DNA from: Candidatus Saccharimonadota bacterium
Lineage (GTDB): Bacteria; Patescibacteriota; Microgenomatia; UBA1406; GWC2-37-13
Direction of reading: 5' to 3'
Assembly (NCBI GenBank): GCA_001790095.1
Contig: MGBH01000001.1
Location: forward strand, 900,001 to 932,000
DNA: 32,000 nt
The notes below the pieces were generated by a model. It made no database searches. It saw only the letters and a program-made list of their open reading frames with translations, and had not been told where the DNA came from. Of this stretch, positions 24,382-32,000 are shown piece by piece. The translations under genes were made by a program, and so were the position numbers. Every line of letters starts with the position of its first letter. The first letter of the stretch is position 1.

Positions 24382-25189
24382 TTTTGCACACATTTGCTTT
24401 TCTCTCTTACTACTTACTACTTTCTACTTGCTACTATCAAGTAGTTCACATGCCGTAAACATGGACTCAGAGAGATATAAAATCCAGTATGGCAATATCA
24501 ATATCGGAGGGAAAAAATCAAGCGATCTTGATGATGGAACATACAATCTCTCTGCTACTTTGGGACAGGTGGCAGCTGGACAGTTTGAATCAAACGGCTA
24601 TATCGTAAAGGCTGGATTTCAATATATATATTCTAAAATTCCATTCACTTTTTCCCTCTCAAGTATAAGGGCAGATCTCGGAACGCTTTTTCCAAGCACA
24701 CCCTCTACCACCTCAATACAGTTAACCGTGTCATATGGAGGAGCCGGACAGTATGTCGTTACTGCAGGAGAACAAGGAACAATGCAAAATTTTTCCTATG
24801 ATCCAATCCCCAATACCACCTGTAACGGAGGTGCAGATACATGCTCAAGAACACTTGCTAAAATATGGACCTCTACATCCTCATATGGGTTTGGCTACAG
24901 TATGTCAGGAGAAGATATTCCAGCTGATTTCATCGACTCTACCTACTATCGACCTTTTGCTGATCTCACTGTTCCGGAGGATCCCGTTTCCATTATGCAA
25001 AGTGCAAATGTAACACAAAATCTTATTCCAACTCCAAATCCGTCATATACCCCAGCTCCCCTTCTAACAGGTACGCCAAGAGATATTACTCACACATCAA
25101 CTCTTACTTTTAAAGCAAACATTTCCCCCCTTCAACAAGCTGGAAGCTATACTACTGTTGTTCATTTCACCGCAACACCATCGTTTTAG
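24365..25189 (+). CDS. Secreted beta-rich surface protein (putative fibre/pilin-like subunit), paralogous to the C-terminal half of 29485-31065
   Basis: The signal peptide is MKIVNNFAHICFSLLLLTTFYLLLSSSSHA. The protein shares LTVSYGG..GQYVVTA, C..G...C, W....SYGFGYS and the terminal ..AGSYTTVVHFTATPSF pattern with the 526-aa protein. The ATG at 24365 is preferred over the track's TTG at 24356. Confidence 0.65.
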   Translation: MKIVNNFAHICFSLLLLTTFYLLLSSSSHAVNMDSERYKIQYGNINIGGKKSSDLDDGTYNLSATLGQVAAGQFESNGYIVKAGFQYIYSKIPFTFSLSSIRADLGTLFPSTPSTTSIQLTVSYGGAGQYVVTAGEQGTMQNFSYDPIPNTTCNGGADTCSRTLAKIWTSTSSYGFGYSMSGEDIPADFIDSTYYRPFADLTVPEDPVSIMQSANVTQNLIPTPNPSYTPAPLLTGTPRDITHTSTLTFKANISPLQQAGSYTTVVHFTATPSF

Positions 25190-25211
25190 TATTAAGTAGA
25201 AAGTATAAAGT

Positions 25212-26210
25212 ATGAAAATAAACAAAAACACAATACAAACCTGTTTCTCTTTCTTGCTACTTACTACATTCTACTTCCTACTAACTACTACAACTTACGC
25301 GCAACAAGTCACTCTTTCTATCTCCCCCCCTATCGTAGAGACTCTTGTCAAACCAGGAAAAAGCATGTTGATCGGTTACACCATACAAAATTTGGCTGAT
25401 CCAACCGCCATTATAGTAAAGGTACGTTCCTTTTCTCCACGTGGAGATTATGGAGAAATGCTTATTGATACCGAACTCATTTCTCCCGTCCGTTTTTCAC
25501 TCGACAATACCAATATACAACTTGAACAACCCATTTTAATGAAGCAAAGAGATACCACTCAGGCCTTGGTACGGATCCGTATACCTGAAGGCACCCCTGA
25601 AGGCGATTATTATTTTACTGTTCTTGCAGAAACACAGCCCATTGCAGCAATAGGTGGAGCAACTGCTTCCCTTGCAAAGGCGTCTATCGGATCTACTCTT
25701 CTTATAACGGTTACCAAATCGGGCTTTGTTGAAACAAAGGGTCGGATTGCCCTTTTTGATATTATCCCAAATTTTACGATGAAGCTTTTTGGAAAAACAT
25801 ACAAAATTATTGAAAGTTCAAGTAAAGTTCCAGTTGTCCTCATCGTACAAAATCTAGGGAAAAATCTCATCAAACCTCAAGGCGAAGTTACTTTACGCAA
25901 TTCATGGGGAGAAAAAACAATCTTTCCACTCCTTTCCCAAAATATCTTAAGTGATTCTAAGCGTTTGGTAAAAAGCACCGAAGGCGTAAATACAAATCCC
26001 TTTCATTCCTTTACCATATCTGGATACTTTATTGGCCCTTATACACTTTCATCTCGAGTACACTTCGGAACAGACAATACCCAGCTTTATGCAACGACAT
26101 CTTTTATTGGTGTGCCTATCCGGTTTGGCATCGCGCTTCTTTTTATACTAATCATCTCAACTATTATTATAGTAGGGTTGAAAAAAAGAAATTCAAGTAC
26201 TATCACATAA
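25212..26210 (+). CDS. Cell-surface protein with an N-terminal signal and a C-terminal TM anchor (DUF916/DUF3324-like architecture, tentative)
   Basis: The signal peptide ends ..FSFLLLTTFYFLLTTTTYA. The body looks Ig-like (IPEGTPEGDYYFTVLAE). The C-terminal helix IALLFILIISTIIIVGL is followed by KKRNSS. It is a paralog of the ORF at 31123. Confidence 0.55.
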   Translation: MKINKNTIQTCFSFLLLTTFYFLLTTTTYAQQVTLSISPPIVETLVKPGKSMLIGYTIQNLADPTAIIVKVRSFSPRGDYGEMLIDTELISPVRFSLDNTNIQLEQPILMKQRDTTQALVRIRIPEGTPEGDYYFTVLAETQPIAAIGGATASLAKASIGSTLLITVTKSGFVETKGRIALFDIIPNFTMKLFGKTYKIIESSSKVPVVLIVQNLGKNLIKPQGEVTLRNSWGEKTIFPLLSQNILSDSKRLVKSTEGVNTNPFHSFTISGYFIGPYTLSSRVHFGTDNTQLYATTSFIGVPIRFGIALLFILIISTIIIVGLKKRNSSTIT

Positions 26211-26271
26211 TTTATATCCTTACAAGACTCTATTTCCCTTTTTTTGTTGTATAGAATCCATTGATTTAGTG

Positions 26272-26952
26272 ATGCTTCTTAGTGAAAATGATCATATGGA
26301 TGGATTTATATCGTCTCTCTTGCCATTTTTTCGCAGGTTTTTCGTGGAATCACTTCTCTTGGGAGCGGCTTTTATCATCACTTTTATATCTATCACTATA
26401 TATATACATACTACTCAAAAGGAGGAGGATGTTGAGATACCTCCTCTCTATAAATCTTCTACTTCCGAGGAACAGAAAAAAAGTATCATGATAGACGTAT
26501 CAGGAGCAGTGAATAAGGAAGGGGTGTTTGAGCTGTCTCAAGGAGCAAGACTTAAAGACGCACTTGACCTTGCAAAAGGCATATCAAACGATGCAGATAA
26601 GGGTTTTTTTAACCGTAACTTTAACCTTGCTAGATATGTATTGGACCAAGAAAAAATATACGTCCCCTCGCTCCAAGAGACTGAAACAGGTATAATATCC
26701 GAACGCAAACAATTAGTAGATTATTTACTGCCTCAGACTATCCCATTAACTCAAATAGACGAATCTCCTCAAGAGAGAATCAAGATCAACTCAGCCTCAA
26801 GTGAGGAAATAGACACACTTCCCGGTATCGGCCAATCAACCGCTGAAAAGATTATTCAAAATAGACCATTCACCACAATCGATGAGCTTTTGACGAAGAA
26901 AATTCTTAAGAAAAACGTGTTTGAACAGGTTAAAGAATTGGTGGATCTATGA
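26272..26952 (+). CDS. comEA: Competence protein ComEA (membrane-anchored SLBB plus helix-hairpin-helix DNA receptor)
   Basis: An N-terminal TM helix is followed by VSGAVNKEGVFEL (SLBB-like) and the C-terminal INSASSEEIDTLPGIGQSTAEKII HhH motif. Confidence 0.8.
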   Translation: MLLSENDHMDGFISSLLPFFRRFFVESLLLGAAFIITFISITIYIHTTQKEEDVEIPPLYKSSTSEEQKKSIMIDVSGAVNKEGVFELSQGARLKDALDLAKGISNDADKGFFNRNFNLARYVLDQEKIYVPSLQETETGIISERKQLVDYLLPQTIPLTQIDESPQERIKINSASSEEIDTLPGIGQSTAEKIIQNRPFTTIDELLTKKILKKNVFEQVKELVDL

Positions 26953-27728
26953 ACATAACCCCTTCTATCTTCACCTCTGTTATCAACTCATATCTTCCTG
27001 AGCCCCACGCATCACTTCTCAATGGCATTTTGTTTGGTATTCCTTTAAGATCGACCAAGATCTTGTATCAACAGCTTCAGGTCGTTGGACTATTACATCT
27101 TGTTGTTTTATCTGGCATGAACATCACTATCTTAGGGGCTATCGTCGGACTTGCTACAAACAAGTTGCCAAAAAATCTTAGTCTTTTTTGTACTATTGGC
27201 TGCATTGTGGCTTTTTCTTTTTTTGTTGGACCCCAACCTCCTATCGTGCGAGCGGCTGTTATGGGCACTCTCTCTACCATAAGCATTATCTACGGCAAAA
27301 GAAATACCGCTCTTGTGAGCCTCCTTTGTGCTGTTTTGGTCATTGCTATATTTAAAAAAGACTGGCTTTCGGGTATATCATGCCAACTATCAGTAGGCGC
27401 TACATTTGGCATAATCCTTTTTGGTAAAGGAAGGGGGGGTAATGCAGTTATTCAAGATCTTCGCACTTCACTTGCGGCACAGATCTTTACCGCTCCGCTT
27501 ATCTTTATTTTTTTCAAACAAATTTCCCTTATCTCTCCCCTTTCCAATCTTGCAGTCTCCTTTCTTATTCCACCTCTTATGATATTTGGTTTTCTCACCG
27601 CGATCCTAGGGAACATACATTGGCTTTTGGGCTTACCCTTAAGCTATATATGTTACGGATTATTAAGCTATATGATATTTGCCATTAAGATACTGTCAAA
27701 AGTCCCTTTTGCATTCGTACAGTTTTAA
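26949..27728 (+). CDS. comEC: ComEC/Rec2 competence (membrane channel) domain protein: N-terminal piece of a split ComEC
   Basis: A polytopic 259-aa protein with ..LLNGILFG.., LQVVGLLHLVVLSGMNI and ..FKQISLISPLSNL.., typical of the Competence domain. An ATGA overlap joins it to comEA. Confidence 0.75.
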   Translation: MNITPSIFTSVINSYLPEPHASLLNGILFGIPLRSTKILYQQLQVVGLLHLVVLSGMNITILGAIVGLATNKLPKNLSLFCTIGCIVAFSFFVGPQPPIVRAAVMGTLSTISIIYGKRNTALVSLLCAVLVIAIFKKDWLSGISCQLSVGATFGIILFGKGRGGNAVIQDLRTSLAAQIFTAPLIFIFFKQISLISPLSNLAVSFLIPPLMIFGFLTAILGNIHWLLGLPLSYICYGLLSYMIFAIKILSKVPFAFVQF

Positions 27729-27730
27729 CG

Positions 27731-28564
27731 ATGCAAAACCCCATCACCAAAAAAACACTTTTTTTTGCTTTACTATTTTCATGCATAATACTTGTAATTG
27801 TTTTTTGTAATCAGTACTTTAGTAAGCAAACCATACTAGTGTTTTGCGACGTTGGACAAGGGGATGGCACCTATATGCGTATACAAAACAAGATTGATAT
27901 TGTTATTGACGCAGGTCCAGCAAATAATAAAATGCTGCACTGTTTAGGTACCTATATGCCCTTTTACGACAGAACCATTGAGTATGCATTCATCTCACAT
28001 TCACAAACAGACCATTATGGGGGATTTATTGAGATATATAAAAGATATAAGATAGATGCACTGTTTGCTCTTCCTCTAACTGGTAGCAGTAACAATATTG
28101 AGATTCTTAAACAGTTGATAAATAACCATCAAACCCATCATATTATCCCAACTACAGGTGATACTGTCTCCCTATTAAACACCCGCCTCACTTTTTTATC
28201 TTCTTCCAAGGCGTTGCCTTCCATCATATATGCCAAAGACCTCAATGCGTTTTCAGTCATCGTTGAGATTAGGACCTCAGACAAGCGTATCTTATTTACC
28301 GGAGATGCAACGATCTCCACGCTATATAATCTCTCTCTTTCTCCCTACAGTGGTAAAACAATACTTAAAGTGCCCCATCATGGATCACAAAACAGTATTT
28401 CGGAATCCTTTTTAAAGCAAATTCATCCTGACGTTGCGATCATAAGCGTTGGGAAAAATAATTCTTATGGGCACCCATCGAAAAGAGTATTAGATTTCTT
28501 AAAAAAAATGGGGACTCAAACACGACGGACGGATAAGGAAGGCGACATTGTTATAAAGTTATAA
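27731..28564 (+). CDS. comEC: ComEC C-terminal metallo-beta-lactamase domain protein: second piece of a split ComEC
   Basis: One N-terminal TM helix, then DVGQGDG, HSQTDHYGG (HxHxDH-type), FTGD and VPHHGS. The ATG lies 2 nt after the preceding stop. Confidence 0.8.
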   Translation: MQNPITKKTLFFALLFSCIILVIVFCNQYFSKQTILVFCDVGQGDGTYMRIQNKIDIVIDAGPANNKMLHCLGTYMPFYDRTIEYAFISHSQTDHYGGFIEIYKRYKIDALFALPLTGSSNNIEILKQLINNHQTHHIIPTTGDTVSLLNTRLTFLSSSKALPSIIYAKDLNAFSVIVEIRTSDKRILFTGDATISTLYNLSLSPYSGKTILKVPHHGSQNSISESFLKQIHPDVAIISVGKNNSYGHPSKRVLDFLKKMGTQTRRTDKEGDIVIKL

Positions 28565-28568
28565 CTAA

Positions 28569-29309
28569 TTAGCTAAGAAGTATTCCTCGTATTTCTTTGA
28601 AGATATTTATTGCCTCAAATCCAATCCATGATTGACCCATAAGTTCAACAGGAAGACCAGGATCATCTCGAAGAAGGGTGATGTACTCATTTATGACTTT
28701 TGAAAACTTCTCTATTTTATCTCCGTCTTTGGATAAAATCTCATGCCATTTCTTAAAAAGCTCACGATATTTTTTATCCAGAGCCGATTTTCCCCATACT
28801 TTTTCGATTAAGACTTCACGATCGCCAAATGTATGATCTGATTCAAATGCTTGTATGTACTGTTCTTCTGCTTTGCCTGTTACAAGATCCTTTAGATTCT
28901 GAATAACAGGATGGGGAGTAAGCCAAAATGATCTATGCCAAGGCCCCAAACCCCACCCCTGCATCTCGCGTCGCAAACGGTCACGCAGTTCACGCTTACT
29001 TTCAGGTATCTCGTAAGATATGATTCGCCATTTCAAATCCCATTTGAGTTTCAAAAAGCGAAAAAAGGGGAACTCAAAGCTGAGCTCTTCAAATCCCTTT
29101 TCGGTCAAAACATATTCCTCTTCTTTTTCTGATGTTTTTTTAATTGCATTTTCTTTTAACAGTAAGGAAAGGGTTGTTTTGGTTTTTTGATTGAGAGAGT
29201 AATCGAATATTTTTTGAACATTTTCATCTAGCTTAATGCTCTTAAATTCAACGTCTGACAGAAGAAAAAGTGATAGTATAATCTTCGTTCGTCTTTCTTT
29301 TATTCCCAT
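28569..29309 (-). CDS. PaaX-family-like transcriptional regulator (tentative)
   Basis: The core reads WRIISYEIPESKRELRDRLRREMQGWGLGPWHRSFWLTPHP and is followed by a helical C-terminal domain. This resembles the PaaX-like pattern W..v.f.ip...R..R..L...GfG.l...vw..P. Confidence 0.5.
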   Translation of the reverse strand: MGIKERRTKIILSLFLLSDVEFKSIKLDENVQKIFDYSLNQKTKTTLSLLLKENAIKKTSEKEEEYVLTEKGFEELSFEFPFFRFLKLKWDLKWRIISYEIPESKRELRDRLRREMQGWGLGPWHRSFWLTPHPVIQNLKDLVTGKAEEQYIQAFESDHTFGDREVLIEKVWGKSALDKKYRELFKKWHEILSKDGDKIEKFSKVINEYITLLRDDPGLPVELMGQSWIGFEAINIFKEIRGILLS

Positions 29310-29420
29310 ATCAAGTTAACTTTAACAGACGAAAAAATATATGTCAAGAGGAATATATGATAAAATAATGCAGTCGTGATTCATTACCTTCACTTCTAAA
29401 TATTTTTTTCTCAATTACAC

Positions 29421-29475
29421 TTGACTTTTTCTCCGTATTACTATTTAATGAAACTATTACCTATTTTTTTACACT
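29421..29475 (+). promoter_or_regulatory. Candidate promoter region for the 29485 gene, with two alternative -10 elements
   Basis: One option is TTGACT(29421-29426)-17 nt-TTTAAT(29444-29449). The other is TACACT (29470-29475), 9 nt from the ATG. Confidence 0.3.
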
Positions 29476-29484
29476 GGAACACAT

Positions 29485-31065
29485 ATGTTTCATCGAAGAT
29501 TAAGATCACTATATAAGATAATCCTTTTCTTTTTTCTTGTAGCTCAACTACAGTTTGTCACCCTACTTGATCTACCAATATTCACTATCCCCGGAACAGA
29601 CATTCGCCTTAATCCTCAAAGGCTTTCATTATTAAAACCGAGTGCCCTTGACGGAGCAGGTCTTTCATCCGCCTCAGCAACTCTTGCTAATCCCCGTCTT
29701 TCTTTTCAAGGACGAGTTTCAACTGGATACGCAAGAGGAACCAATGTTATTACGCTTGCAACAACGCCAAATACATTTGGTGATATAAATACTAATAACC
29801 TTTTCCCAAATGATACCGTTGCAGTTGGAATCAACGGCAACATTCCAGTTGCAAGTATTAGTAGTGCTACCGTATTTACTTTAAAGAATGCTCTTGCGGT
29901 CACAGTAGGAGCTACCACAAATATATATGCAACACAGTCTGGCACATTGACCTTATCATTTTATACCGGAGCAGCCATACCGGTCGGTGGAAGTATACGG
30001 ATTGAGCTACCTGCATCAAATGGTTCCATATCAGGAAGTAATGTTGATGGGGCTCCCGATACAACAGCCGCAACAAACACAAATGGTTTTGATTTAAACG
30101 GTATGACCAATGCAAATGTAACCTGTCCTAACGGAGCTTTTGCCGCTGGAACACTTACAGCAGGAGCTGGAGGCATAGGAGCTCCACATATCGTAAGTTG
30201 TAATTACTCAGGTGCTGTTGGTATACCAGCCGGTGCTAATTTAAGTATCGTAATCGGATCTGGAACAAAACCCCTAGTGAATCCTGCCCCTATAAACACA
30301 GGTCACACACAGGGACTTGCAGACGTCTATCCTATGACGATCTATACTAAAGATGCCGCCAATGGTACTGGTAATAATATTGAGTCAATCCAAGTACGAG
30401 CAGCGCCTATTGAGGGAGTGTTGGTGACAGCTACTGTTGATGAGACGTTAAGCTTTCAAATATCAGGTGTTGCTGTCGGATCAACCTCATTCTGTGGAGT
30501 TGCGCACACGGCCGGTCTTACCACAACCGCAACATCAGTCCCTTGGGGAATTGTTAACTCAAACTACACCGCAGACAAAAATGAAGCAGTGCAGCAATTG
30601 ACCGTCACAACTAACGCTCCAACCGGTTATAACGTATATGCAGAGGAAAATGATCAGATGGGAAAAGATGGCGTAACATGTACGGGAGCAGCCCCTTCTG
30701 TTGGAGAGTATACGTTTGGATCTAATACGTGTATCAGAGATTATGCCAACGCTGCAACTCATACTTCGGCCACTGATTGGACTGCGGCTCCTGGATCAAA
30801 CTATGGTTTCGGATACACTCTAGCCAATCAATCTGGCACTGACGCGAGATTTTTATACAATAATGGCGGTGCTTATATGGCAAAACAGTTTGCCGATCAA
30901 GAAAATTCAGAAAGCAAATATGATACTAATGCCGATCTTATGTATAATGTGGGACCAGTCAGCGGATCGTCTGTTTACGTCTGTTATCGTATCCATGTAC
31001 CAGCCACACAGCCTGCCGGATTTTACTTTAACAAGTTGAAATATACCGCTGTTGCAAAGTTCTAG
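29485..31065 (+). CDS. Large secreted or anchored surface protein (526 aa); the C-terminal half is paralogous to 24365-25189
   Basis: The N-terminal hydrophobic segment is IILFFFLVAQLQFVTLL. The body is G/T/A/N-rich and looks beta-rich. The C-terminal motifs are LTVTTNAPTGYNVYA, C..G..C, DWTAAPGSNYGFGYT and ..PAGFYFNKLKYTAVAKF. Confidence 0.65.
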   Translation: MFHRRLRSLYKIILFFFLVAQLQFVTLLDLPIFTIPGTDIRLNPQRLSLLKPSALDGAGLSSASATLANPRLSFQGRVSTGYARGTNVITLATTPNTFGDINTNNLFPNDTVAVGINGNIPVASISSATVFTLKNALAVTVGATTNIYATQSGTLTLSFYTGAAIPVGGSIRIELPASNGSISGSNVDGAPDTTAATNTNGFDLNGMTNANVTCPNGAFAAGTLTAGAGGIGAPHIVSCNYSGAVGIPAGANLSIVIGSGTKPLVNPAPINTGHTQGLADVYPMTIYTKDAANGTGNNIESIQVRAAPIEGVLVTATVDETLSFQISGVAVGSTSFCGVAHTAGLTTTATSVPWGIVNSNYTADKNEAVQQLTVTTNAPTGYNVYAEENDQMGKDGVTCTGAAPSVGEYTFGSNTCIRDYANAATHTSATDWTAAPGSNYGFGYTLANQSGTDARFLYNNGGAYMAKQFADQENSESKYDTNADLMYNVGPVSGSSVYVCYRIHVPATQPAGFYFNKLKYTAVAKF

Positions 31066-31090
31066 ATAGTAGTTTAAATAATGATTGGCA

Positions 31091-31118
31091 GTTAGTAGTT
31101 AGTAGTTAGTAGTTAGTA
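31091..31118 (+). repeat. Perfect tandem heptamer (GTTAGTA)x4 immediately upstream of the start codon at 31123
   Basis: gttagta gttagta gttagta gttagta aaat ATG, read directly from the sequence. Confidence 0.9.
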
Positions 31119-31122
31119 AAAT

Positions 31123-32000
31123 ATGAAAAAAATTAAAAATATATTGATTGCTTTTGCCTTTGCCATTGTATTATCTGTATCATTAATACTTTCTACTAAC
31201 TATTCACACGCTCAAGACATCCTTCCCCTTACAGTTGGCCCAGCAAGACAACAAATCACGGTTAATCCGGGTGAACAAGCTGCTTTTTCTATTAAATTCT
31301 ATAATGAAAGCGATTCTCCACTGACAGGCATCGTAAGAGTGGCTGATTTTGTAGTACAAGATAAGGACGGATCGCCCCGCATAGTAGATGATGTTTCACA
31401 AGGCTCACCGAAGTTTTCCGCATCTGCATGGGTCACGCTTCCATACGACCGCATGTCAATACCATCCAATGACAAAGTGACTGTACAGGCTAGTTTAGCT
31501 GTTCCTCAAGACGCTCGTCCAGGAGGTCGCTATATTGCCGTATATTTTGAACCTTCCATCCCTGTTCCACAAGCAGTGGGCAGTGAAACGGTCGGTCAAG
31601 GCATATCTCCACGCATCGCTTCTCTTCTTTATGTAAGAGTATCAGGACCCATCACTGAAAGCGCAATCATCTCAAATTTGTTTGCCAAATCGTTCTATGA
31701 ATATGGACCAATCCAAATAAATGCAGAGATACTTAATAGAGGTGATTATCATATACGTCCTCGCGGAGTCCTGACGCTTGTTGATCCTATAGGTAGCACC
31801 ACTGAACAAACATCTCTTAAAGAAGAAAATATTTTTCCTGATGCTGCACGAGCTTATGAAAATAAATTGGGAACCAAGTGGATGATGGGAAGATATAAAA
31901 TCACCCTTGCCGCCTCTTACGGCGAAAAAGGACAAGCTATTGAAAGGTCTGTATTTGTTTGGGTATTTCCTTGGAGAGTTGCAACCGTTATACTTCTCTC
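31123..32000 (+). CDS. Cell-surface protein, paralog of 25212-26210 (DUF916-like, tentative); the 3' end is outside the window
   Basis: Manual translation gives MKKIKNILIAFAFAIVLSVSLILSTNYSHAQDILPLTVGPARQQITVNPGEQAAFSIKFYNESDSPL...VPQDARPGGRYIAVYFE...NAEILNRGDYHIRPRG... The frame is open to the window end. It is missing from the ORF track because there is no stop. Confidence 0.65.
   Translation, partial: MKKIKNILIAFAFAIVLSVSLILSTNYSHAQDILPLTVGPARQQITVNPGEQAAFSIKFYNESDSPLTGIVRVADFVVQDKDGSPRIVDDVSQGSPKFSASAWVTLPYDRMSIPSNDKVTVQASLAVPQDARPGGRYIAVYFEPSIPVPQAVGSETVGQGISPRIASLLYVRVSGPITESAIISNLFAKSFYEYGPIQINAEILNRGDYHIRPRGVLTLVDPIGSTTEQTSLKEENIFPDAARAYENKLGTKWMMGRYKITLAASYGEKGQAIERSVFVWVFPWRVATVILL

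Noticed and set aside
24365-31065. Calling the 277-aa and 526-aa secreted proteins WxL-domain proteins.
   Set aside because: The locus architecture is reminiscent, but the diagnostic W-x-L motifs are not present (only IWTS and DWTA). The call is left as a generic surface or fibre-like protein.
23341-31118. Short tandem and inverted repeats, considered as a possible CRISPR array.
   Set aside because: The repeat units are 7 nt or are single hairpins. There are no regularly spaced 25-40-nt repeats with unique spacers and no cas genes.

Overview
This is a low-GC, tightly packed bacterial fragment. By inference only (no searches were possible) it fits a Patescibacteria/CPR-type genome. The supporting signs are an ADP-forming acetyl-CoA synthetase, transketolase built from N- and C-terminal sections, ComEC split into two genes, a TMTC-like glycosyltransferase, almost no Shine-Dalgarno sequences, and many small palindromic or microsatellite repeats, some inside genes.

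Housekeeping content:
- acetyl-CoA synthetase, partial (1-591, minus strand)
- transketolase (1434-3596)
- Ca-type P-type ATPase (14296-16842, minus strand)
- the conserved secE-nusG-rplK-rplA block (21458-23665, minus strand)
- comEA and split comEC (26272-28564)

Accessory content:
- The best candidate for an undescribed system is a three-gene minus-strand module at 3583-14227. It encodes a Cys-rich, membrane-anchored surface protein (about 928 aa), a 1,898-aa orphan giant cytoplasmic protein, and a protein with two degenerate GGDEF/Palm-like cyclase domains.
- The first two genes carry near-identical consensus promoters placed 7 nt from the ATG, so their mRNAs are probably leaderless. A degenerate Fic-like gene (19777-21444) has a similar promoter with the same CTATAG spacer palindrome.
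- An 83-bp double-hairpin MITE-like element occurs twice. One copy is read in frame and fuses the two halves of transketolase. Three more palindromic or low-complexity inserts also lie in frame in that gene.
- A solo HEPN-like ORF is present.
- Two paralogous two-gene surface-protein modules flank the competence genes.
- Heptanucleotide tandem repeats occur in and next to genes.
- An 840-bp gene-free region carries hairpins.

No rRNA, tRNA, CRISPR array, transposase or integrase was recognised. All functional calls rest on motif and architecture recognition by eye and need profile or structure searches.
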